Positions 1 through 5,673 of a stretch of DNA of 5,673 nt are shown here, one piece after another. Source of the DNA: a virus (lineage: Duplodnaviria > Heunggongvirae > Uroviricota > Caudoviricetes); the IMG/VR virus record IMGVR_UViG_2706794682_000006; one strand, written 5' to 3'. A model generated the notes under the pieces. It was not told the origin of the DNA, did no database searches, and saw only the letters and a program-made list of their open reading frames with translations. Made by a program: the position numbers and the translations under genes. Within the stretch, counting starts at the first letter, position 1. Each line of letters opens with the position of its first letter.

Positions 1-2301
1 GACCGCCATAATGCCGTTGAGGTGAACTGGATTGACCCGGATAACGGCTGGGAGACGGCGACAGAGCTTGTGGAGGACACGCAGGCCATTGCCCGTTATG
101 GTCGTAACGTCACGAAGATGGATGCCTTTGGCTGTACCAGCCGGGGGCAGGCACACCGAGCCGGGCTGTGGCTGATTAAAACGGAGCTGCTGGAAACGCA
201 GACCGTGGACTTCAGCGTGGGTGCTGAAGGGCTTCGCCATGTACCGGGCGATGTCATTGAAATCTGCGATGATGACTATGCCGGTATCAGCACCGGCGGG
301 CGCGTGCTGGCGGTGAACAGCCAGAGCCGGACGCTGACGCTCGACCGTGAAATCACGCTGCCATCCTCCGGTACCACGCTGATAAGCCTGGTTGACGGAA
401 GTGGCAATCCGGTCAGCGTGGAGGTCCAGTCCGTCACCGACGGCGTGAAGGTAAAAGTGAGCCGTGTTCCTGACGGCGTTGCCGGATACAGCGTATGGGG
501 GCTGAAGTTGCCGACGTTGCGCCAGCGCCTGTTCCGCTGTGTGAGTATCCGTGAGAACGATGACGGCACGTATGCCATCACTGCCGTGCAGCATGTACCG
601 GAAAAAGAAGCCATCGTGGATAACGGGGCGCACTTTGACGGCGACCAGAGCGGCACGGTGAATGGTGTCACGCCGCCAGCGGTGCAGCACCTGACTGCCG
701 AAGTCACCGCAGACAGCGGGGAGTATCAGGTACTGGCCCGCTGGGACACACCGAAGGTGGTGAAGGGCGTGAGCTTCCTGCTCCGTCTGACCGTAACAGC
801 GGATGACGGCAGTGAGCGGCTGGTCAGCACGGCCCGGACGACGGAAACCACTTACCGCTTCACACAACTGGCGCTGGGGAACTACAGGCTGACAGTCCGG
901 GCAGTAAATGCGTGGGGGCAGCAGGGCGATCCGGCGTCGGTATCGTTCCGGATTGCCGCACCGGCAGCGCCGTCGCGGATTGAGCTGACGCCGGGCTATT
1001 TTCAGATAACCGCCACGCCGCATCTTGCCGTTTATGACCCGACGGTACAGTTTGAGTTCTGGTTCTCGGAAAAGCGGATTACCGATATCAGGCAGGTTGA
1101 AACCACAGCCCGCTATCTTGGCACGGCGCTGTACTGGATAGCCGCCAGTATCAATATCAAACCGGGCCATGATTATTATTTTTACGTTCGCAGTGTGAAC
1201 ACCGTTGGCAAATCGGCATTCGTGGAGGCTGTTGGTCAGCCGAGTGATGATGCATCCGGCTATCTGGATTTTTTCAAAGGCGAGATAGGGAAAACCCATC
1301 TGGCTCAGGAGCTGTGGACGCAGATTGATAACGGTCAGCTTGCGCCTGACCTGGCTGAAATCAGGACGTCCATTACGGATGTCAGCAATGAAATCACGCA
1401 GACCGTCAATAAGAAACTGGAAGACCAGAGTGCTGCAATTCAGCAGATACAGAAGGTTCAGGTTGATACAAATAATAACCTGAACAGCATGTGGGCTGTG
1501 AAGCTGCAGCAGATGCAGGACGGACGCCTTTATATCGCGGGTATTGGTGCCGGTATTGAGAACACCCCTGACGGCATGCAGAGTCAGGTGCTGCTGGCGG
1601 CGGACAGGATTGCGATGGTTAATCCTGCGAATGGCAACACAAAACCGATGTTTGTTGGTCAGGGCGATCAGATATTCATGAACGACGTGTTCCTGAAACG
1701 CCTGACGGCCCCCACCATTACCAGTGGTGGAAATCCACCGGCATTTTCCCTGACACCGGATGGGCGGCTGACGGCGAAAAATGCCGATATCAGCGGTAAC
1801 GTGAATGCGAACTCCGGGACGCTCAACAACGTCACGATTAACGAGAACTGTCGGGTTCTGGGAAAACTGTCCGCGAACCAGATTGAAGGCGATCTCGTTA
1901 AAACAGTGGGCAAAGCTTTCCCCCGGGACTCCCGTGCACCGGAACGGTGGCCATCAGGGACCATTACCGTCAGGGTTTATGACGATCAGCCGTTTGACCG
2001 GCAGATTGTTATTCCTGCGGTGGCATTCAGCGGCGCTAAACATGAGAGAGAGCATACTGATATTTACTCCTCATGCCGTCTGATAGTGCGGAAAAACGGT
2101 GCTGAAATTTATAACCGTACCGCGCTGGATAATACGCTGATTTACAGTGGCGTTATTGATATGCCTGCCGGTCACGGTCACATGACGCTGGAGTTTTCGG
2201 TGTCAGCATGGCTGGTAAATGACTGGTATCCCACAGCAAGTATCAGCGATTTGCTGGTTGTGGTGATGAAGAAAGCCACCGCAGGCATCAGTATCAGCTG
2301 A
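1..2301 (+). CDS. J: Tail tip / host-specificity protein J (central tail fibre), C-terminal ~766 codons; 5'-partial, the reading frame is open from base 1
   Basis: Frame 1 is open from position 1 to a TGA at 2299-2301; the GTG at 22 chosen by the ORF track is internal, not a real start. The translation has two tandem fibronectin-III-like segments (about 660-1250, e.g. ...[27 protein letters not shown]... and ...[23 protein letters not shown]...), which is typical of lambda-family J proteins. Position immediately upstream of lom and stf matches the lambda order J-lom-stf. Uniform GC-rich coding composition and no internal stops across 2.3 kb. Confidence 0.9.
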   Translation, partial: DRHNAVEVNWIDPDNGWETATELVEDTQAIARYGRNVTKMDAFGCTSRGQAHRAGLWLIKTELLETQTVDFSVGAEGLRHVPGDVIEICDDDYAGISTGGRVLAVNSQSRTLTLDREITLPSSGTTLISLVDGSGNPVSVEVQSVTDGVKVKVSRVPDGVAGYSVWGLKLPTLRQRLFRCVSIRENDDGTYAITAVQHVPEKEAIVDNGAHFDGDQSGTVNGVTPPAVQHLTAEVTADSGEYQVLARWDTPKVVKGVSFLLRLTVTADDGSERLVSTARTTETTYRFTQLALGNYRLTVRAVNAWGQQGDPASVSFRIAAPAAPSRIELTPGYFQITATPHLAVYDPTVQFEFWFSEKRITDIRQVETTARYLGTALYWIAASINIKPGHDYYFYVRSVNTVGKSAFVEAVGQPSDDASGYLDFFKGEIGKTHLAQELWTQIDNGQLAPDLAEIRTSITDVSNEITQTVNKKLEDQSAAIQQIQKVQVDTNNNLNSMWAVKLQQMQDGRLYIAGIGAGIENTPDGMQSQVLLAADRIAMVNPANGNTKPMFVGQGDQIFMNDVFLKRLTAPTITSGGNPPAFSLTPDGRLTAKNADISGNVNANSGTLNNVTINENCRVLGKLSANQIEGDLVKTVGKAFPRDSRAPERWPSGTITVRVYDDQPFDRQIVIPAVAFSGAKHEREHTDIYSSCRLIVRKNGAEIYNRTALDNTLIYSGVIDMPAGHGHMTLEFSVSAWLVNDWYPTASISDLLVVVMKKATAGISIS

Positions 2302-2318
2302 ATTTTATAACCCATATA

Positions 2319-2347
2319 CGGGCGCCAGAAATGGCGCCTTTTTTATT
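2319..2347 (+). terminator. Rho-independent terminator downstream of J
   Basis: Perfect 6-bp GC stem GGCGCC (2321-2326) / GGCGCC (2333-2338) with 6-nt loop AGAAAT, followed directly by TTTTTTATT (2339-2347). It begins 18 nt after the J stop codon. Confidence 0.75.
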
Positions 2348-2357
2348 GCAGAAAAGC

Positions 2358-2363
2358 GAGAGG
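2358..2363 (+). promoter_or_regulatory. Shine-Dalgarno sequence for lom (GAGAGG), 5 nt upstream of the ATG
   Basis: GAGAGG at 2358-2363, spacer TAATT, ATG at 2369. Confidence 0.7.
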
Positions 2364-2368
2364 TAATT

Positions 2369-2440
2369 ATGCGTAAAGTTTGTGCAGCCATTTTGTCCGC
2401 AGCCATCTGTCTGTCCGTATCCGGTGCGCCTGCATGGGCA
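2369..2440 (+). other. Predicted signal peptide of Lom (24 aa, cleavage after AWA)
   Basis: [24 protein letters not shown] followed by SEHQ; Lys/Arg n-region, hydrophobic h-region, AxA motif at -3/-1. Confidence 0.7.
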
Positions 2441-2968
2441 TCTGAACATCAGTCCACGCTGAGCGCGGGCTATCTTCATGCCTCGACGAACGTTCCCGGC
2501 AGCGATGATCTGAACGGGATTAACGTGAAATACCGTTATGAGTTTACGGACACACTGGGGCTGGTGACGTCATTCAGCTATGCAGGAGACAAGAATCGCC
2601 AGCTTACCCGTTACAGCGATACCCGCTGGCATGAAGATTCCGTGCGTAACCGCTGGTTCAGCGTGATGGCGGGGCCGTCTGTGCGCGTGAATGAATGGTT
2701 CAGCGCGTATGCGATGGCGGGTATGGCTTACAGCCGTGTGTCGACTTTCTCCGGGGATTATCTCCGCGTAACTGACAACAAGGGGAAAACGCACGACGTG
2801 CTGACCGGAAGTGATGACGGTCGCCACAGCAACACGTCTCTGGCGTGGGGAGCTGGCGTGCAGTTTAACCCGACCGAATCCGTGGCCATTGATATTGCTT
2901 ATGAAGGCTCCGGCAGTGGTGACTGGCGCACTGACGGTTTCATCGTGGGTGTCGGTTATAAATTCTGA
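2369..2968 (+). CDS. lom: Lom-like outer membrane protein (Ail/Lom/PagC/Rck/OmpX family 8-stranded beta-barrel); prophage 'moron' / lysogenic-conversion gene
   Basis: 199-aa ORF with a good RBS. The N-terminus [24 protein letters not shown] is a classic Sec signal peptide (basic n-region, hydrophobic core, A-x-A cleavage site). The protein ends in ...[24 protein letters not shown]; a terminal aromatic (Phe) beta-strand is the outer-membrane-barrel signature, and the motifs GINVKYRYE and SVMAGP match what I recall of lambda Lom and Ail-family proteins. It sits between J and stf as in lambda and is bracketed by terminators. Confidence 0.9.
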
Positions 2969-2994
2969 TTAGCCAGGTAACACAGTGTTATGAC

Positions 2995-3021
2995 AGCCCG
3001 CCGGTTCAGGCGGGCTTTTTT
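2995..3021 (+). terminator. Rho-independent terminator downstream of lom
   Basis: 8-bp stem AGCCCGCC (2995-3002) / GGCGGGCT (3009-3016) with loop GGTTCA, then a T run through 3021. It lies in the 64-nt lom-stf intergenic gap. Confidence 0.8.
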
Positions 3022-3032
3022 GTGGGGTGAAT

Positions 3033-5673
3033 ATGGCAGTAAAGATTTCAGGTGTACTGAAAGACGGCACAGGAAAACCGGTACAGAACTGCACAATCCA
3101 GCTGAAAGCAAAACGTAACAGCACCACGGTGGTGGTGAACACGCTGGCCTCAGAAAATCCGGATGAAGCCGGGCGTTACAGCATGGACGTTGAGTACGGG
3201 CAGTACAGCGTTATTCTGTTGGTGGAGGGATTCCCGCCGTCACATGCCGGGACCATCACCGTGTATGAAGATTCCCGACCCGGTACGCTGAATGATTTTC
3301 TCGGTGCCATGACGGAGGATGATGCCCGTCCGGAGGCTCTGCGCCGTTTTGAACTGATGGTGGAAGAGGTGGCGCGTAACGCGTCCGCGGTGGCACAGAA
3401 CACGGCAGCCGCGAAGAAGTCAGCCAGTGATGCCGGCACATCTGCCCGTGAGGCGGCAACCCATGCGACTGATGCTGCAGGCTCAGCGCGTGCAGCCAGC
3501 ACGTCAGCCGGACAGGCCGCGACTTCGGCTCAGGAGGCGTCTTCCAGCGCAGGAACGGCATCAACAAAGGCCACTGAAGCATCAAAAAGTGCTGCCGCTG
3601 CAGAGTCCTCAAAAAGCGCGGCGGCCACCAGTGCCGGTGCGGCGAAAACGTCAGAAACGAATGCTGCAGCGTCACAAAAATCAGCAGCCACTTCTGCATC
3701 CACTGCGACAACGAAAGCGTCAGAAGCCGCCACTTCAGCCAGAGATGCGGCGGCCTCCAAAGAGGCGGCAAAATCATCAGAAACGAACGCCTCCACAAGC
3801 GCCAGCAGTGCAGCCTCCTCGGCAACGGCGGCAGGAAATTCCGTGAAGGCGGCAAAAACGTCCGAGACGAATGCTAAGTCTTCTGAAACGGCAGCGGAAC
3901 AGAGCGCCTCAGCTGCGGCAGACTCTGAGACAGCAGCTGCATCATCGGCCCGTGAGGCGTCCATTAAGGCAGAGGAGGCAGCAGTCAGTGCCACCGCCGC
4001 CGGAAAATCGGCAGAAAGCGCCGCATCATCCGCTTCAACAGCCACAACGAAGGCTGGCGAAGCCACTGAACAGGCCAGCGCAGCAGCGAGGTCTGCTTCC
4101 GCAGCGAAGACATCCGAAACGAACGCGAAAGCGTCGGAAACAAGCGCAGAATCCTCAAAAACGGCTGCCGCATCGTCAGCCAGTTCGGCGGCGTCATCGG
4201 CATCATCGGCGTCTGCTTCAAAAGATGAGGCGACCAGACAAGCGTCAGCAGCGAAGAGCAGCGCCACGACGGCATCCACGAAGGCGACAGAGGCTGCTGG
4301 CAGTGCGACGGCGGCAGCTCAGAGCAAAAGTACGGCGGAATCCGCGGCAACGCGCGCCGAGACAGCAGCTAAACGGGCAGAGGATATTGCATCCGCCGTG
4401 GCGCTTGAGGATGCGAGCACGACGAAAAAGGGGATAGTACAGCTCAGCAGTGCGACCAACAGCACTTCCGAGTCACTGGCGGCAACGCCAAAGGCAGTAA
4501 AAGCAGCCTATGACAATGCAGAGAAACGTCTGCAGAAAGACCAGAACGGTGCTGATATCCCCGACAAGGGCCGCTTCCTGAATAACATTAATGTTTACAG
4601 CAAAGGTGAAGTGGATAAGAAAAAGGGGATGCGAAAATACACTTTCTCTGCTCCTGCAAATGCAGTAAGCGGTAAGTGGTATCCTATAGTCTTTCGCCGA
4701 TCTGGAGGCGGTACCGATGAATTAGCCTCACGAGTTGTGATAACTACTTATTCCTCAGCTGGCGGATACGCCATGAATAATTGTGAATTTAATGGGTTTG
4801 TTATGCCTGGCGGTTGGTCTGATCGCGGTTCATATGCGGCTGGTTTTTTCTCAATATATTCTACTGCTGAGCGAGCTATACACTCGATTATTTCAAGTGT
4901 GAAAGATGACGATTTGTGTAGTGTATTTTACGTTGAAGCCAGAGCATTTCCTATCAAGATATTTGCTGAGGAGGGCTTGAACGTAATTGTTCCAACTACT
5001 GACTATACCGTTGGTCAAGCCACCTATAAGTGGGGGGCCACAGATCCAGTAGCAGAAAGTACAAATACTCAAACCATTCTGGATTTTAAAAATGGACGTG
5101 GTTATTACTGCTCACATCAGTTTGTTTCAAGCCTTTCAGGAAATGCAGCAACAGCAACGAAATTAGCAAGTTCAATAAACATAGGTGGTGTATCCTTTGA
5201 TGGTTCAGCCGATATAGATTTGCCTGGTGTGAATACAAAAGGTAATCAAGACACTACCGGTAATGCAGCGACAGCGACCAAGTTGCAGACAGCATGTACT
5301 ATCAACGGCGTCTCGTTTGATGGTTCTAAAGATATTGAACTTAACCCACGGTCTATAGGCACGATCAACTCCACAACAATGTCTTTTAGTGGTGGTGCTG
5401 GATGGTTCAAGCTGGCAACGGTAACCATGCCGCAGGCGAGTTCTGTTGTTTCAATTACGTTGATTGGTGGGGCTGGATATAACGTCGGTTCACCTCAACA
5501 GGCAGGTATATCTGAACTTGTTTTGCGTGCAGGTAATGGTAATCCGAAGGGGATTACTGGTGCTTTATGGCAGCGCACATCGGCAGGGTTTACAAATTTT
5601 GCCTGGGTCAATACATCTGGTGATACTTACGATATTTACGTTGCAATCGGAAATTATGCGACTGGTGTAAATA
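3033..5673 (+). CDS. stf: Side tail fibre protein (Stf), N-terminal ~880 codons; 3'-partial (no stop before window end). Lambda-Stf-like N-terminal region joined to a divergent distal receptor-binding region
   Basis: ATG at 3033 is the first ATG after an in-frame TGA at 2991-2993 and is preceded by GGGG (3024-3027). Hand translation of frame 0 shows no stop through 5672. The N-terminus MAVKISGVLKDGTGKPVQNCTIQLKAKRNSTTVVVNT...GRYSMDVEYGQYSVIL...TITVYEDS matches my recollection of lambda Stf (orf-401) almost residue for residue, followed by a long Ala/Ser/Thr-rich region and ...KKGIVQLSSATNSTSESLAATPKAVK. The distal part carries two tail-fibre repeat units. It is absent from the ORF track only because that track needs a stop codon. 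Confidence 0.88.
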   Translation, partial: MAVKISGVLKDGTGKPVQNCTIQLKAKRNSTTVVVNTLASENPDEAGRYSMDVEYGQYSVILLVEGFPPSHAGTITVYEDSRPGTLNDFLGAMTEDDARPEALRRFELMVEEVARNASAVAQNTAAAKKSASDAGTSAREAATHATDAAGSARAASTSAGQAATSAQEASSSAGTASTKATEASKSAAAAESSKSAAATSAGAAKTSETNAAASQKSAATSASTATTKASEAATSARDAAASKEAAKSSETNASTSASSAASSATAAGNSVKAAKTSETNAKSSETAAEQSASAAADSETAAASSAREASIKAEEAAVSATAAGKSAESAASSASTATTKAGEATEQASAAARSASAAKTSETNAKASETSAESSKTAAASSASSAASSASSASASKDEATRQASAAKSSATTASTKATEAAGSATAAAQSKSTAESAATRAETAAKRAEDIASAVALEDASTTKKGIVQLSSATNSTSESLAATPKAVKAAYDNAEKRLQKDQNGADIPDKGRFLNNINVYSKGEVDKKKGMRKYTFSAPANAVSGKWYPIVFRRSGGGTDELASRVVITTYSSAGGYAMNNCEFNGFVMPGGWSDRGSYAAGFFSIYSTAERAIHSIISSVKDDDLCSVFYVEARAFPIKIFAEEGLNVIVPTTDYTVGQATYKWGATDPVAESTNTQTILDFKNGRGYYCSHQFVSSLSGNAATATKLASSINIGGVSFDGSADIDLPGVNTKGNQDTTGNAATATKLQTACTINGVSFDGSKDIELNPRSIGTINSTTMSFSGGAGWFKLATVTMPQASSVVSITLIGGAGYNVGSPQQAGISELVLRAGNGNPKGITGALWQRTSAGFTNFAWVNTSGDTYDIYVAIGNYATGVN
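3400..4430 (+). repeat. Low-complexity Ala/Ser/Thr/Lys/Glu-rich coding repeat region inside stf, with imperfect internal DNA repeats
   Basis: Recurrent peptide motifs K-T-S-E-T-N-A (nt 3649-3669, 3855-3875, 4108-4128; related S-S-E-T-N-A at 3775-3792) and S-A-S-T-A-T-T-K-A-(S/G)-E-A (3693-3728 and 4029-4064). The codons are dominated by GCN/TCN/ACN, which creates long stop-free runs in other frames and on the antisense strand. Confidence 0.8.
5139..5342 (+). repeat. Two copies of a phage tail-fibre repeat motif within stf (protein-level tandem repeat, units 40 codons apart)
   Basis: Unit 1 at 5139-5222 is GNAATATKLASSINIGGVSFDGSADIDL; unit 2 at 5259-5342 is GNAATATKLQTACTINGVSFDGSKDIEL. Both are in the stf frame. 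The motif GNAATA(T)KL...(R/C)TINGV.FDGS..I resembles what I recall as the 'phage tail fibre repeat' seen in T4 gp34-type and many enterobacterial prophage tail fibres. Codon usage differs between the two units, so the duplication is not recent. Confidence 0.75.

Noticed and set aside
22-24. GTG at 22 as the start of the first gene (as given in the ORF track)
   Set aside because: The frame is open upstream to base 1 and the protein is clearly the interior of J, so the gene is 5'-truncated by the window and this GTG is an internal Val codon.
276-707. 143-aa antisense ORF inside J, plus 1668..1964 (-) and 1805..2083 (+) overlapping ORFs
   Set aside because: Embedded in the continuous, conserved J reading frame on a GC-rich background where long spurious ORFs are common. 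No RBS or independent evidence; the peptides are Arg/Pro/Ser/Thr/Cys-rich nonsense.
2302-2368. A sigma70 promoter for lom in the J-lom intergenic region
   Set aside because: Only weak hexamers are present (TATAAC at 2305-2310 without a convincing -35; TTGCAG at 2346-2351 without a properly spaced -10), so I did not annotate a promoter as a feature.
3530-4279. 249-aa antisense ORF (Ala/Asp/Phe/Val-rich) and other minus-strand ORFs at 3176-3502, 3256-3855 and 3985-4350
   Set aside because: They lie entirely within the stf Ala/Ser/Thr-rich repeat region. GCN/TCN/ACN sense codons automatically give stop-poor antisense frames. The products are low-complexity, lack RBS context, and overlap a well-supported conserved sense-strand gene.
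3400-4430. Possibility that the repetitive region is a CRISPR array or a diversity-generating retroelement variable region
   Set aside because: The repeats are imperfect, in-frame, coding, and of irregular spacing, with no repeat-spacer architecture. No reverse transcriptase or template repeat is visible in the window.
3427-4437. Plus-strand alternate-frame ORFs 3427..3846 (139 aa) and 3871..4437 (188 aa), extremely Arg/Pro/Gln-rich
   Set aside because: These are frame +1 shadows of the same repeat region. Their composition (poly-R/Q/P) is the expected by-product of reading GCN-rich sequence out of frame, and the stf frame is the one supported by homology and context.
5139-5342. Possibility that the duplicated tail-fibre repeat marks an invertible (Gin/Cin/Hin-type) host-range switching segment
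   Set aside because: The two units are direct, not inverted, share little nucleotide identity, and no invertase gene or crossover-site inverted repeats are visible in the window. It cannot be excluded downstream of 5673, but nothing here supports it.
5246-5670. Small ORFs 5246..5428 (-) and 5464..5670 (+)
   Set aside because: Both are short and lie in the wrong frame or strand inside the stf coding region, in AT-rich sequence where such ORFs arise by chance. The stf frame is continuous across both.

Overview
This window reads as the distal tail module of a lambda-like (lambdoid) enterobacterial prophage or phage, all on the + strand: the 3' two-thirds of the central tail-tip/host-specificity gene J (1..2301, 5'-partial), an intrinsic terminator, a lom-type outer-membrane beta-barrel 'moron' gene (2369..2968), a second intrinsic terminator, and the first ~880 codons of a side tail fibre gene stf (3033..>5673, no stop before the window ends). 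The supplied ORF track omits stf only because it has no in-window stop; I translated that frame by hand and found it open throughout. I see no CRISPR array, tRNA, integrase/transposase, toxin-antitoxin pair or recognisable defence-system gene, so I do not claim a new system here. The most interesting signal is that stf is a mosaic. Its N-terminal ~490 codons are GC-rich and lambda-Stf-like with an Ala/Ser/Thr low-complexity repeat region. At about 4500-4620 the protein sequence diverges and the DNA becomes markedly AT-richer. The distal part holds a non-fibrous, probably globular ~170-aa segment followed by two copies of a phage tail-fibre repeat (GNAATATKL...NGVSFDGS). This looks like a horizontally exchanged receptor-binding cassette and is the part most likely to be undescribed. 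Several long ORFs in the track (antisense and alternate-frame, 3256-4437) are shadows of the GCN-rich repeat region and are rejected. All homology statements are from recollection of known protein families, not from a database search.
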